Below are positions 1 through 10,808 of a stretch of 64,000 bases of DNA, piece after piece. The notes under the pieces were generated by a model that was not told the DNA's origin, did not search any database, and saw only the letters and a program-made list of their open reading frames with translations. Source of the DNA: an uncultured delta proteobacterium (lineage in GTDB: Bacteria > Desulfobacterota > Binatia > UBA9968); the NCBI GenBank assembly GCA_963737905.1, contig CAVTUQ010000014.1:1-64000 (forward strand). The letters run 5' to 3'. A program made the translations under genes and the position numbers. Numbering within the stretch: position 1 is the first letter of the stretch; the number at the start of each line of letters is the position of its first letter.

Positions 1-685
1 TTTCCACCGGGCAGCAAGTCGGCGACGATTTGAGAACGAACATCACCGCGTCGGCGATGTCCTCCGGCCGTATCATCTTGAAGCGATCTAAATGCTTGAC
101 AGGCGGAATCATAGGCGTGTCGACGAAACCCGGCAGGATCACGGCCACTTTGATGTTATGCTCCCTAACTTCTTCGTAAAGTGACTGCGTGAACCCGATG
201 AGACCGAACTTCGAAGCTGAATAAGCGGCGCCATTCGCCTCGCCGGTCTTGCCTGAGACCGAGGCGATATTGATCACCGCGCCGTCGGCTTTTTTGATCA
301 TGGCCGGTACAAGATACTTCGCGAGCAGTATCGGCGCGCGCAGATTGACCCGAAGCGTCTGATCCAGATCCTCTACTTTCGTCCGTACCACCGGCGCGCG
401 TTTGCCCCAACCCGCGTTATTGATCAGGATATCGACGGAACCGTAGGCTCGCTGGCCTTCTGCGGCGAGCCTTTCTATATCTTCATCGCGAGTGAGATCC
501 GCCGATACGATAGCGGCAATTCCACCGCTTTGTTGGATTTCCTCTTGGACCTTTTCGAGCTGGGCGGTTGTGCGGGCCGTCAAAACTATGCGGCAACCCG
601 AACGCCCGAGCAAAAGCGCGACCGCGCTGCCGATGCCCCTGCCCGCGCCGGTGACAAGCGCGACTTTGCCTTCGAGGCTTTTCAT
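1..685 (-). CDS. SDR family oxidoreductase (3' end beyond window edge; not in ORF track)
   Basis: Manual translation from ATG at 685: MKSLEGKVALVTGAGRGIG...ILINNAG...AYSASKFG; TGxxxGIG, NNAG and YxxxK motifs; open to position 1. Confidence 0.92.
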   Translation of the reverse strand, partial: MKSLEGKVALVTGAGRGIGSAVALLLGRSGCRIVLTARTTAQLEKVQEEIQQSGGIAAIVSADLTRDEDIERLAAEGQRAYGSVDILINNAGWGKRAPVVRTKVEDLDQTLRVNLRAPILLAKYLVPAMIKKADGAVINIASVSGKTGEANGAAYSASKFGLIGFTQSLYEEVREHNIKVAVILPGFVDTPMIPPVKHLDRFKMIRPEDIADAVMFVLKSSPTCCPVE

Positions 686-710
686 GGGCTCGAACAAATA
701 AAGGTGAAAA

Positions 711-1133
711 TCAGTGCACGGTCGGTGTCTCTTTTTGTGGCGGCGGTTGCGCCACAGACGAGCCGTGATGGTGGATCATGCGCCAGCCGTCGGCGCCCTT
801 GCGAAAAATATTCGTCGTCAAAATCGTTGCGGCAACGTTCTGCCCTTCAAGCGAACTGTTGAGGTTTTCGTAGAGCGTAACCCAAGCAAGCTCGCCGTGC
901 ACTTCGACGCTCAAATCGGTCAGCATGAATTGAATCTGGGGCGTGTTCTCGAAAATTTGCCGCCAGCTCTCGATCACCGGCTTCCAGCCGCGCAAGATGC
1001 GCCAACCGGGATGGCCGCACTGGATCTCGGAGTCGTTGGCCCACACCAATTCCATCTGCTTGATGTTGAGACTTTCAAAGGCGCGGTAGAAGCTTTCGTT
1101 CGCCTGGGCAACGTCTTTTTCTTCAGGAGTCAT
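711..1133 (-). CDS. SnoaL-like / NTF2-fold protein
   Basis: ANESFYRAFE...HPGW...TNIF...WRMIHHHGS pattern typical of the SnoaL_3 family. Confidence 0.85.
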   Translation of the reverse strand: MTPEEKDVAQANESFYRAFESLNIKQMELVWANDSEIQCGHPGWRILRGWKPVIESWRQIFENTPQIQFMLTDLSVEVHGELAWVTLYENLNSSLEGQNVAATILTTNIFRKGADGWRMIHHHGSSVAQPPPQKETPTVH

Positions 1134-1137
1134 GGTA

Positions 1138-1464
1138 TTAATGGTGCGGCTTGGGCGTCACGAATACGAGAGTCACCAGTTTCTGCTGGCTACGATTCGC
1201 GACCCCGTGATTCTGCCCGGCGGGCGCGAGCACGATCTCCCCGGGACCCAGCTCCCGCTCCTCATCACCCACCATAAACACGCCCTTGCCTTCGATCACG
1301 TAATAAACCTTGTCCTGCCCGCCGTGGGTGTGCGGGCTCTGTTCCTGGCCGGGTTCGAAGCAGTAGGTGTCGCAGAAAAATCTATCGGTCTCAAAGACCC
1401 CGTTCTTTTTCATCTTCTCGTCTGAAAACTTCATGGCGTCTGAAAGCTTTTTGAAGTTGCTCAT
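1138..1464 (-). CDS. Cupin domain protein
   Basis: PGQEQSPHTH...YYVIEGKG...APAGQNHGVAN cupin_2 motifs; 108 aa. Confidence 0.88.
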   Translation of the reverse strand: MSNFKKLSDAMKFSDEKMKKNGVFETDRFFCDTYCFEPGQEQSPHTHGGQDKVYYVIEGKGVFMVGDEERELGPGEIVLAPAGQNHGVANRSQQKLVTLVFVTPKPHH

Positions 1465-1548
1465 TTCTGACTCCTGTTCATCCGCTGTGAGGCGATACTA
1501 CCACAGGGCCGCCTGCATGCAAAAGCCGGGAGATTTTGTTATTTGTCA

Positions 1549-2724
1549 ATGATGGATTCGGTCTTGATCCGCTACCACGAGATCGCGCTCAAGAAGGGCA
1601 ACCGCCCCTACTTCACCGAATTACTCAAGCGCAACATCCTCGCCTCGGTCAAGGACCTGGGCGCTAAGGAAATTCGCAGTCTGCCCGCTCGGTTGTTGCT
1701 GACATTTAAGAACCCAGTCGACTCCGATGTCGCCATCCAACGCATCGGTACGGTATTTGGTGTCGCTAACTTTTCCCTGGTGCAGCGTACTGAACGTGAC
1801 ATGAACGAACTGCGCAGCGCCATTCTGGCAGGACTGAACGGCGCACAATTCGCTTCTTTTCGTATCGACACTCAACGCGGCGATAAGACCTTTCCCATCC
1901 ATTCACCGGAAATCAACCGCCAACTTGGCGCGGCCGTCAAAGAACAGTCGGGCGCCCGCGTGGATCTGACGAATCCTGAGTTTACAGTCTTCGTCGAGAT
2001 CCTTCCCAAAGAAGCATTTTTCGGTTTCAACAAGATTCCCGGCGCGGGCGGTCTTCCTGTAGGTGGCAGCGGACGGGTGGCATCACTGATCTCCGGCGGA
2101 TTTGACTCACCCGTCGCCTCTTATCGCATGATGCAGCGCGGTTGCCGATTGATCTTCGTGCACTTTCATAGCGCCCCCTATCAGGACAAAACTTCGCAGG
2201 ACAAAGTGCGGGAGCTCGTAACGCTACTCACCCGCCATCAATTTCAATCTCGCCTTTACCTGGTTCCGTTTGGCGAGATCCAGCGCCAGATCGTCGCCGC
2301 GGTGGCGCGACCGCTTCGCGTCGTGCTGTACCGGCGCATGATGTTGCGCATCGCCGAAGCCATCGCGCGCAAGGAAAAAGCCAAGGCGCTCGTTACGGGC
2401 GAAAGCCTCGGCCAGGTCGCCTCACAAACCCTGGACAACATGGCGGTAATTCAACAGGCGACACGGCTGCCGATTTTGCGGCCCCTCGTCGGCATGGACA
2501 AGCAGGAAATCATCGATCAAGCGCGCCGGATTGGAACCTTCGATATCTCCTCGATTCCGGATCAAGACTGCTGCCAGCTCTTCGTGCCCAAGCATCCGGC
2601 GACCAAGGCGCGCTTCGCCGACATCGAACAAGACGAGTCAAAGTTCGCTGTAAACGAGCTGGTGCGCTACGGAGTCGAAAGCGCAATCGCGGAGGAATTC
2701 ACTTTCCCGCCTCAGACGGCTTGA
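1549..2724 (+). CDS. thiI: tRNA 4-thiouridine synthase ThiI (no rhodanese domain)
   Basis: RYHEIALKKGNR N-terminus, THUMP region, GGLPVG, PP-loop SGGFDS, GESLGQVASQT, DCC. Confidence 0.95.
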   Translation: MMDSVLIRYHEIALKKGNRPYFTELLKRNILASVKDLGAKEIRSLPARLLLTFKNPVDSDVAIQRIGTVFGVANFSLVQRTERDMNELRSAILAGLNGAQFASFRIDTQRGDKTFPIHSPEINRQLGAAVKEQSGARVDLTNPEFTVFVEILPKEAFFGFNKIPGAGGLPVGGSGRVASLISGGFDSPVASYRMMQRGCRLIFVHFHSAPYQDKTSQDKVRELVTLLTRHQFQSRLYLVPFGEIQRQIVAAVARPLRVVLYRRMMLRIAEAIARKEKAKALVTGESLGQVASQTLDNMAVIQQATRLPILRPLVGMDKQEIIDQARRIGTFDISSIPDQDCCQLFVPKHPATKARFADIEQDESKFAVNELVRYGVESAIAEEFTFPPQTA

Positions 2725-2758
2725 ACGTTTCGAACGATTGGAACCAAGCGGCTAGCCG

Positions 2759-3730
2759 CTAAACATAATGCTGGATTCGCTGCAAGCTCGCAGGGAAGAA
2801 CAGCTCTTCTATCTCAAGCTTTTTCTTGATCATCCCCTGTTCGTGCTCGTAGCGCACCGCCGCTTCCAGAGCTTTGCGGTTGTCGTCCAGATTGTAGGGC
2901 CACGGATCGTCACCGAAAATCTCCCGTTGCTCACGCATTAGATCTTGAACCCAGACCAGGGCGAAACTGCGCGGGTCTCTCATGCGCTCGTAACAAACTT
3001 CCTTGGCTCGCTGAAAGGCCTGGACCAAACTGACGGCCGCCCAAGGATCGCTGTCGAGGATCTGATTCTTGATCACGACCGTGTGCATGATCGGGAAAAT
3101 TCCGCTTTTCTTGTAGTAGTCGATCTCGGCGGCTTTCGGGTCGGGAAACAGCAAAGCCACTTTCGCAGAACCTTTCCTGACGGATGGCAATACTTCGGGA
3201 TAAAGCGCCGCCTCCAGCTCGCCATCGAGCAGCATCTGATCGACATTTTTGCCGTCCGGCACACGATGGACCCTCATCCACCCGGCCGGCTCGAACGGCA
3301 CGTCTTCCTCTTCTTGGCACCACCATTCGATGCTTTTCAGGTCGACACCGTAATGGTCTTGTAGTATGCCGCGCATCCACAGCCCCGCTGAATTTTGCAA
3401 CGTATCCAAAGCTATCCTCTTTCCATTAAGATCGGCTGGCTTTTCGATACCGCAACCGTTTCTCTTGACCATATAGGAGTGGCGAAACCTCCGATGGGGA
3501 AACACCGGGATAGCGTTATAGTTGCAGCCCTGATCACGGGCGACCAGATAGCCGACCAAAGACAGCTCACAGACATCGAATTCTTCATGGCGGAGCATCC
3601 GTCCATGCCGCTCCGGAGAGGGCATCGTTAAAACGTTGAGCTCAACGCCCTGCGGTTGGATATCACCGGTGATCAACGGTCGAAGAAAATCGTAGTCGCC
3701 GCAGGCAAGCGTCAGTCTCAGTTTGGACAT
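2759..3730 (-). CDS. 4,5-dihydroxyphthalate decarboxylase-like protein (periplasmic-binding-protein fold, no signal peptide)
   Basis: LTLACGDYD, EFDVCELS, IPVFPHRRFRHS, FPIMHTVVI, DPWPY motifs of the OphC/Pht5 family; substrate not determinable. Confidence 0.8.
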   Translation of the reverse strand: MSKLRLTLACGDYDFLRPLITGDIQPQGVELNVLTMPSPERHGRMLRHEEFDVCELSLVGYLVARDQGCNYNAIPVFPHRRFRHSYMVKRNGCGIEKPADLNGKRIALDTLQNSAGLWMRGILQDHYGVDLKSIEWWCQEEEDVPFEPAGWMRVHRVPDGKNVDQMLLDGELEAALYPEVLPSVRKGSAKVALLFPDPKAAEIDYYKKSGIFPIMHTVVIKNQILDSDPWAAVSLVQAFQRAKEVCYERMRDPRSFALVWVQDLMREQREIFGDDPWPYNLDDNRKALEAAVRYEHEQGMIKKKLEIEELFFPASLQRIQHYV

Positions 3731-4331
3731 TTACTCTCCTTGAACGTGTTTGCGGTATTCCTCAGGAGTGTCAATATCGATGGTGACTCCTTCATTTTCC
3801 GTTTCGATCTCCAAAGTTTGGGCTTGGTGAGCGTGCACGACTGTTTTGGCACCTTGCTCCATGGGGGCCGATCGTAGTTCAGGAAATAATCGTGTTCGAA
3901 AACAATACCGGATGGCCGCGGCGCCCACGAAATCGCGGGACGACGATGAGTTTGCTCGATTCTTCAAATCGGTCGATCATCAATTTAACCAATTGCGGAT
4001 TAACATACGGATGGTCCACCAGATGAACCAGTATTCCATCGACACCCGCGCCTATGGGTGAGGTCTCCAAGTAGTGTATCGCGGTTTGTAGCGAGGAGAG
4101 TTGTCCTTTCTTGTACTCCGGGTTGATGATAATCGTCACCGGCAGATCGTCGATCTTTCGCCGCATATCCTCCGCGTTGTGGCCCAAAACCACGACGATC
4201 TTCGCCACCCCGCTCGATTTCAAAGCCGTGACGATACGCTCGATAAAGCGAACTCCGTCGATCGGCAACAGCGCTTTCGGCCGTCCCATCCGGCTCGATT
4301 CGCCGGCTGCAAGAACAACGGCAACGATCAT
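3731..4331 (-). CDS. MocA/MobA-like nucleotidyltransferase, frameshifted near 3890
   Basis: LAAGESSRMGRPKALL, LVDHP, GHPVLF in ORF 3879-4331; C-terminal DIDTPEEY in ORF 3731-3967. Confidence 0.85.
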
Positions 4332-4355
4332 TGTTCGCGTAACCCGCGTTTGAAG

Positions 4356-4380
4356 AGGGCGACCAGCCGGTCGCCCCTAC
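4356..4380. repeat. GTAG-type REP-like palindrome, followed by a short 7-mer (TGCTC-containing) run to 4414
   Basis: Minus strand reads GTAGGGGCGACC-GGCT-GGTCGCCCT, a hairpin with a GTAG foot, in an intergenic position. Confidence 0.6.
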
Positions 4381-4412
4381 CCGCTCTCTGCTCCATGCTC
4401 TTTGCTCCCTGC

Positions 4413-5414
4413 TCACCTGTAGACTTTGTCGATGAACCCGCTCTTTTCCAGCTCGCGCACGATGCTGTCGTCCACTATTTCATCGACCCGAAGCGTGGCT
4501 CCCGGTTTGCGGCTCAGCGCTTCTTTGATTTGTGCCTCGGTACCCTCGCGGGTTACCAGCGGCACCCGGTCGTGTAATTTCACGTTCGCCGTGTAGGAAG
4601 CCTCCAGGTACTGGGGATCATTCTGACGGGTATACTTCGCTATGTACTTCTTGGTTTCCTCCTTGCGGGTCTTGAGAAAATGGGTTGCCTCGATCAGTGC
4701 CATCGTCAATCGTTTCACCGTTTCTCGATTCGAGGCCAAGAATGCTTTAGTGGTCGTCGAACAAATGTAGGGAAAATCGAAGCGCTTTTGAAAATCCGCC
4801 GTGCTGATCAGGATGCGGTGCGGCATGCCCTTGGCCAAGTGAATGGTCCCCGGCGGCGATGGGAATCCGACAATCCTTCCGGTTCGAAACGCCGCCGCTC
4901 GCTCCGTGGGGCCGCCCACCTGAATTATTGGCACGTCCCTTACCGGCTCCAAACCTAGTCCTTTGATCAGCACGCGCGCCGCGACGTCCGAGGCGCTGCC
5001 CACCCGGCTGATGCCGACGCTTTTGCCTCTTAAGTCTTCCACCGATTTAACCGACTCCTGAACGATCAATTCGTACGGCAACGTATTGATGTAGCAAGCC
5101 GTCATGACCAGACTGGCACCGCCCACAGCAGCGCTCGCCACCGCGCCTCCGGAAACATTCGCTATTTGAACATCGCCCGAGACCAAAGTGGAGACGCTCA
5201 TGGTCGAGCTTTGGATGAAGATGAGTTCGACGTCCAAGCCGTGCTTCCGGTACAACCCTGCATCCAACGCCGTGAACCAAACGGTATTGGAAGCGTCGGC
5301 TGAGCTATAGGCAATCTTGATTCGCTCTTGCGCAACGGAATGAGGAGGTTGAATCCAAAACCAGCTGCATAAAAAAACCAACGTTGTCGTAACCGGTAAC
5401 TTTACTGTCATCAT
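4413..5414 (-). CDS. ABC substrate-binding protein, NMT1/THI5/SsuA-like
   Basis: Signal peptide, KHGLDVELI, DLRGKSVGISRVGSASD, SGFIDKVY C-terminus. Confidence 0.88.
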   Translation of the reverse strand: MMTVKLPVTTTLVFLCSWFWIQPPHSVAQERIKIAYSSADASNTVWFTALDAGLYRKHGLDVELIFIQSSTMSVSTLVSGDVQIANVSGGAVASAAVGGASLVMTACYINTLPYELIVQESVKSVEDLRGKSVGISRVGSASDVAARVLIKGLGLEPVRDVPIIQVGGPTERAAAFRTGRIVGFPSPPGTIHLAKGMPHRILISTADFQKRFDFPYICSTTTKAFLASNRETVKRLTMALIEATHFLKTRKEETKKYIAKYTRQNDPQYLEASYTANVKLHDRVPLVTREGTEAQIKEALSRKPGATLRVDEIVDDSIVRELEKSGFIDKVYR

Positions 5415-5582
5415 CGAGCCTCCCGATTGCAATGACCCAGCGCCTCATTTGAACGACGCTCTTGAGAACCCTTGAGAACCGATTAAACTCTATCGGAATA
5501 AATGAATCAACCGAACGAGCGAATCAACGAGTTTACGTTAACGCTGAGGCGAAGATGCCGGTTAGCTCTCTTTGCGTGGGCG

Positions 5583-6690
5583 CTATGCTTCGGCCGGCAA
5601 GGCCATGCACTCGCCCGCCGGCAACTCCACCCAGACCTGATCGCCACGGCGGACCTGCAGTGTATAGTGTTGGTGCGTCTGCATTACGTTCTTGCCGATT
5701 TCCAGCGTGCAGTCCACATATTCACCCAGAAACATGGCCGCGCCGACCTTACCTTCAAGAATGTTTTCAGTGTAAGCTGGCCTTTTCTGATGTAGGACGA
5801 CGCTTTCGGGACGCACGACTACGACGACATTGGCTCCCTGGCCCAATCCGGCGAGCAATCCGCAAGAAATTTCCCCCGCGTCAGTGCGGACCGTACCCGT
5901 TCCATCGGCGCCGGCCTTGCTCACCTGGCCGTTTAATTGGTTGGTTGAACCGATAAAATTCGCAACAAATTTGCTCTTCGGCTGCAAGTAAATGTCTCTG
6001 GGCCCGCCTTCCTGAACGATGACTCCGGAGCTCATGACGGCAATGACATTGGACATCGACAACGCTTCAATCTGGTCGTGGGTGACGTATAGAGTCGTGA
6101 TGCGCAACCGCCGCTGAAGTTCGCGCAACTCTACGCGCATACGCTCGCGCAGCTTGGCGTCGAGATTGCTCAATGGCTCGTCCAGCAAAAGCACCTTAGG
6201 CTCGCGCACCAGTGCCCGCGCCAGGGCGAGCCGCTGTTGTTGTCCGCCGGAAAGCTGGGTTGCCATGCGCTCTTCATATCCATTCAGCTCCACTTGTTCG
6301 AGTGCGCTGCGGAACTTTCTTGCGAATATCGTCGTCGCTGAAACGCAGTCTTTTCCAACCCGCAGAGGAAAGGCCACATTCTCGAGCACCGTCAAGTGAG
6401 GCCAAATCGCGTAACTCTGAAAGACCATGCCGATGGACCTTCGGTACGGGGGCACAAACGTGCCGCGAGCTGATGAGAAAACCGCCGTTTCGGAAACGTT
6501 AATCTCTCCCGTATCGGGTCTTTCCAGTCCCGCGATACAACGCAGCGTAGTAGTCTTACCGCACCCCGATGGACCCAGTAACGTGTAGAACCGTCCTTCC
6601 TCCACCGTAAAGGACACTTCGTTGACGGCATGAACCAGCGTGCCGCTTGCCGTCTGTAAAGGTTTTTACCAGGCCTTTGACTTCAATCAC
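5583..6690 (-). CDS. ABC transporter ATP-binding protein (FbpC/PotA-like with TOBE), frameshifted near 6640
   Basis: GPSGCGKT, LSGGQQQR, LLLDEPLSNLD; likely start GTG at 6690 (VIEVKGLVKTF) is out of frame with the tracked ORF. Confidence 0.9.
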
Positions 6691-6715
6691 GGTCTATCCT
6701 AATCCCGGCTTGATC

Positions 6716-8446
6716 CTAACTCTGCAGACCCACACGACCCGATATTTTGTAGAAAACAGCCACTATAGTTAAGAGTGTCAGAATCATCAGGATCCCTATG
6801 GCGGCAACCACCGTCACTTGACCCTGCTCAAACATGTTAAACAACAATATCGAAAGGACGCGACTCTCACCCGTGGCTAGAAGAACAGAGGTTGAAAACT
6901 CACGGAATGACACAATGCATATATAAATCCAACCAGCGGCAAATCCGGGACGCAGCAGCGGTAAGGTCACGCGCCTGAACGTTTCCCACCATGACGCGCC
7001 CGAGGTCGCCGCAGCCTCCTCCAGTTCACTGTGGATCTGCATAATCGACCCCGACGCCGACCGCATGCCATACGGAATATAGCGGGTAACATAGGCGATC
7101 AGTAGCACCCAGATAGTCCCGTATATGGGAATCGGGAAAGCGACATAGAACAGAATCAGAGCCATACCGAGCACGATGCCCGGCACAGTAATCGGCACGA
7201 ACGCGAGGAAGTCGAGAATCCAGGCTCCTGGCAGGCGGCTTTTGTAAACAATCCAGGAGACGATTGACGTAAGCAGCATCGCAGCTGTTGCGCTCAAAAG
7301 CGCCAGAATAATGCTGTTCTGCATGGCATCCCAAAATGGCCGAAATCCATGTAGGTAGCGATAGTTGTCCAAACTCAGCTTTTGCAACGCATCCCAGCTA
7401 GGCGCGGCAAAGAAAGGCAAGAAAGACGCCCAGAGCAGAACGAGAAAAGGAAGAAGAACGACGAAGACAAAATAGAGCGATAAAAAACCGAATCCGACCC
7501 AGCGCCAGGGGCCGAGGTCAAATTGCCGAGGTCTGAAGGCCTTGCCAGTCACCGTTTGAAACTTTTTGCTTTCCCGCGTCGACCGCGTGTACAGCCATAC
7601 GCCCACGGCGCTCAACAGGAGCAATCCGATGGAGAGCGCTGCTCCGCGCCCGTAATCCGGCGGGTAGTCGTTAAACGCAGTATAAATTTCACTCGTGTAA
7701 ACGTAGATGCGCGCCGGTATACCTATTAGAGCGGGAGTTTCAAAGGATTCGAGAGTCCGCACGAACAGAATCAGTAATACCGAACCGCATGTAGGCATGA
7801 GCAGGCGCAAGGTTACACGCCGCAATGTCTGCCAGGTATTGCCCCCCGACATCATGGCCGACTCTTCCAGCGACGGGTCCATCGACTTGAACGCCGCCAC
7901 CATCATGAGAAAAGCCAATGGCACCTGACCCACGGAATGCACCCAGATCATCCCGGGGAGAGAGAAGACGTTAAATGGCGGCGATTTTAAACCGAATAAG
8001 CTCATCAGCCAAACGTTAAGGTAGCCGAATTTGGGGCTCAATAGGAAAATCCACGCAATGGCTTCCAAGACACCCGGCAGGATCAACGGAACCACCGCGA
8101 TAGGAACAAAGATCTTCCGAAGCGGCGTATTGGTCCGCTCTGTGAGCCAGGCGAGAACCGCTCCGAAGAAAAATCCTAGAGCCGCCGATCCAGATGCGAA
8201 TATGAGGGAGTTCATGAAAGTAGAGTAAGTGTACTGGCTGGCATAGGCCGTTTGATAATTCTTGAGGGTGCTAACAAACTCGCGGGGCGCGACCTCTGCC
8301 TGAAAGCTCCCGACGACCAGCATCAGTAGCGGGAGAATCGTCAGATAGACAAGGACCCCGGCTCCTACCAAAGGCACTAAAAGCGCGGGGTCACGCAATT
8401 GTGGAAAACTTAGTCGAGCGCTTCTGGGAACGGCAACCGTCGACAT
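6716..8446 (-). CDS. Iron(III)-type ABC transporter permease (FbpB-like, two modules)
   Basis: 576-aa hydrophobic protein with two EAA loops (LEESAMMSGG, LEEAAATSGA). Confidence 0.92.
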   Translation of the reverse strand: MSTVAVPRSARLSFPQLRDPALLVPLVGAGVLVYLTILPLLMLVVGSFQAEVAPREFVSTLKNYQTAYASQYTYSTFMNSLIFASGSAALGFFFGAVLAWLTERTNTPLRKIFVPIAVVPLILPGVLEAIAWIFLLSPKFGYLNVWLMSLFGLKSPPFNVFSLPGMIWVHSVGQVPLAFLMMVAAFKSMDPSLEESAMMSGGNTWQTLRRVTLRLLMPTCGSVLLILFVRTLESFETPALIGIPARIYVYTSEIYTAFNDYPPDYGRGAALSIGLLLLSAVGVWLYTRSTRESKKFQTVTGKAFRPRQFDLGPWRWVGFGFLSLYFVFVVLLPFLVLLWASFLPFFAAPSWDALQKLSLDNYRYLHGFRPFWDAMQNSIILALLSATAAMLLTSIVSWIVYKSRLPGAWILDFLAFVPITVPGIVLGMALILFYVAFPIPIYGTIWVLLIAYVTRYIPYGMRSASGSIMQIHSELEEAAATSGASWWETFRRVTLPLLRPGFAAGWIYICIVSFREFSTSVLLATGESRVLSILLFNMFEQGQVTVVAAIGILMILTLLTIVAVFYKISGRVGLQS

Positions 8447-8626
8447 AGGTTACTCCTGTCGTCTGCGCGTAAATTCAGCGCAGTGGAAAATCTCCATCCT
8501 AATCCGAGTCGTCGTGGTGAATTTTGCCTCGCATTGTCAATCCGGCATGGCACGGCCTTTGAGCGCCCGCAGAGTTGATATCAACTCAGACACACGAATC
8601 AAGAAGCGATGCGGTCTTCATCAGGT

Positions 8627-9646
8627 CTAGCGCAGGTTGAAAACTTCCTTCCAGACCTTTTCATATTTTTTCCAATCCTTGATCTCCTCCGTGCCGATGG
8701 GGTAGATTTTCGCGGGCCGGATTTTGTCCGTAGGTTCGACCTTGGGATGGGCCGGGTTCCGGCCACCCTCCGCGTAGACCTTCTGCCCCTCCTCGCTTGC
8801 CGCCCAAAGCGCGAAAAGCCACGCCGTATTCGGATGCGGGGCCCCCTTTGCGAGCGCGGTCGCGTTAATCGTCGCAATCCCTTCGGTCAGCATATACCCC
8901 ACGGGTGCGCCCTTTTTTATGCGCGACGGGTAATGATGCGAATAGCATGTGATACAGGCTGCGGCCTGCCCCGCCACCAGCAGCTCCGCGAGATCGGAAT
9001 GACCTTTGTGAAACTCAACGTTATTCGCCGCGATCTTCTTAATCAGACTGATCGCTTTTTCGTCGTTATTGAACTTGTGCCGCGCCAGCCCGATCAGCAA
9101 CTCGACGTCCCGGGGCTCTCCGATCAATTTGCCTTTCCATTTGGGGTCGGCAAAATCGTCAAATTGGGTGGGGTCATCGCTCTTTTTCACCAAGTTTGTG
9201 TTCCATGCCCCTGTCATAATAGTCATAGAGCTGGCCAGCCAATAAGAGCCTTTCAAGTTAGCCGGATAGGCGGCTGCTTCCGGCGGAACTTGATCGAGAG
9301 TCAGCTTTTGTTCATGAAGCTGCAAAATATTTTCCAGGGATATTTGAAAAACATCGGCGAACACCTTGCCGCCCCGGGCTTCCGTAATGGCGCGCACCGC
9401 GAGCTTGTCCGCCGTCGCGTCTACGTGATTTATTTTTATACCGGGAAAACGTTTCTCGAACACGGGAATAATTTTGGCGGCGTTGATTTGCGCCAAAGTT
9501 CCGTAAAAATTGAGCGTCCCACCTTCCTTGACAGCTTTCTTATAAACATCGTCGATGGTCTCAGAACGCCCCGAAACTGGTGCTAAAAACGCCGACAATA
9601 CCAATACACCACTAAAAAGAAAATACTGAAATTGCTTGAATCTCAT
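8627..9646 (-). CDS. Extracellular solute-binding protein (FbpA/AfuA-like)
   Basis: Signal peptide, KEGGTLNFYG, DPKWKGK, APHPNTA, SEEGQ. Confidence 0.88.
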   Translation of the reverse strand: MRFKQFQYFLFSGVLVLSAFLAPVSGRSETIDDVYKKAVKEGGTLNFYGTLAQINAAKIIPVFEKRFPGIKINHVDATADKLAVRAITEARGGKVFADVFQISLENILQLHEQKLTLDQVPPEAAAYPANLKGSYWLASSMTIMTGAWNTNLVKKSDDPTQFDDFADPKWKGKLIGEPRDVELLIGLARHKFNNDEKAISLIKKIAANNVEFHKGHSDLAELLVAGQAAACITCYSHHYPSRIKKGAPVGYMLTEGIATINATALAKGAPHPNTAWLFALWAASEEGQKVYAEGGRNPAHPKVEPTDKIRPAKIYPIGTEEIKDWKKYEKVWKEVFNLR

Positions 9647-9737
9647 TGCCTTAAACCTCCCTCAGTAGTTTACCGCGAATCACAGGTCCGCGCCCCAACA
9701 GCCGTTGCGCGCGGTGAATCCCCGTGGTCAAACCAGA

Positions 9738-10762
9738 TCATCTTAGTTGAAAAACTTCCTTCCAGACCTTTTCATATTTTTTCCAATCCTTGATCTCCTC
9801 CGTACCAATGGGGTAGACCTTCGCGGGACGGATTTTTTCCACAGGGTCGACCTTGGGATGAGTCGGGTTCCGGCCACCCTCCGCGTAGACCTTCTGCCCC
9901 TCCTCGCTCGCCGACCAGCGGGCAAAAAGCCACGCCGTATTCGGATGCGGGGCCCCCTTTGCGAGCGCGGTCGCGTTAATCGTCGCAATCCCTTCGGTCA
10001 GCATATACCCCACGGGTGCGCCCTTTTTTATGCGCGGCGGGTAATGATGCGCGTAGCAGGTGATACAAGCGGCTGCCTGTCCCGCCACCAGAAGCTCGGC
10101 GAGATCCGAGTGACCTTTGTGAAACTCAACGTTATTCGCCGCGATCTTCTTGATCAGACTGATCGCTTTTTCGTCGCTATTGAATTTGTGCCGTGCCAGC
10201 CCGATCAGCAGCTCGACGTCCCGGGGTTCTCCGATCAATTTGCCTTTCCATTTGGGGTCGGCCAAATCGTCAAATTGCTTGGGTTCATCGCCTTTTTTGA
10301 CTAAATTTGTATTCCACGCTGCTGTGATAATAATTAGATCACCCGCCAGCCAATAAGAGCTCTTTAAATTAGCCGGATAGGCGGCGGCTTCCGGCGGAAC
10401 TTGATCGAGAGTCAGCTTTTGTTCATGAAGCTGCAAAATATTTTCCAGGGACATTTGAAAAACATCGGCGAACACCTTGCCGCCCCGGGCTTCGGTAATG
10501 GCGCGCACCGCGAGCTTATCCGCCGTCGCGTCTACGTGATTGACTTTGATTCCGGGAAGCGCTTTTCGAAAACAGGTAAGATCTTGGCCGCGTTGATTTG
10601 CGCCAAAGTTCCGTAAAAATTGAGCGTGCCTCCCTCTTTCAAAGCCTTCTTGTGAAGATCATCGAGACTCTCGTTTTGCGCTGCCGCCAAAGCTGGAATT
10701 ATGACGCTTAGGATCAAAACAAGTAAGCTCAATCTTCTCGCCTTACCTGATATCGATATCAT
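9738..10762 (-). CDS. Extracellular solute-binding protein, near-identical paralog of 8627-9646, frameshifted near 10545
   Basis: ORFs 10532-10762 and 9738-10508 join into a protein colinear with the downstream copy. Confidence 0.85.
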
Positions 10763-10808
10763 CTTGTCCTCCTTAATTGTTTTATAGGCACTCTATTTTT
10801 TCTAACGG

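Noticed and set aside
1549-2724. ThiI lacking the rhodanese domain
   Set aside because: Short ThiI with a C-terminal DCC motif is the common form outside gamma-proteobacteria.
8548-8562. Sigma54-like TGGCAC-N5-TTGA motif
   Set aside because: The -12 element is imperfect and it points opposite to the surrounding genes.
8609-10304. Long plus-strand ORFs (8609-9586, 9747-10304) and other antisense ORFs in the track
   Set aside because: They are shadows of well-supported opposite-strand genes and show no recognisable motifs.
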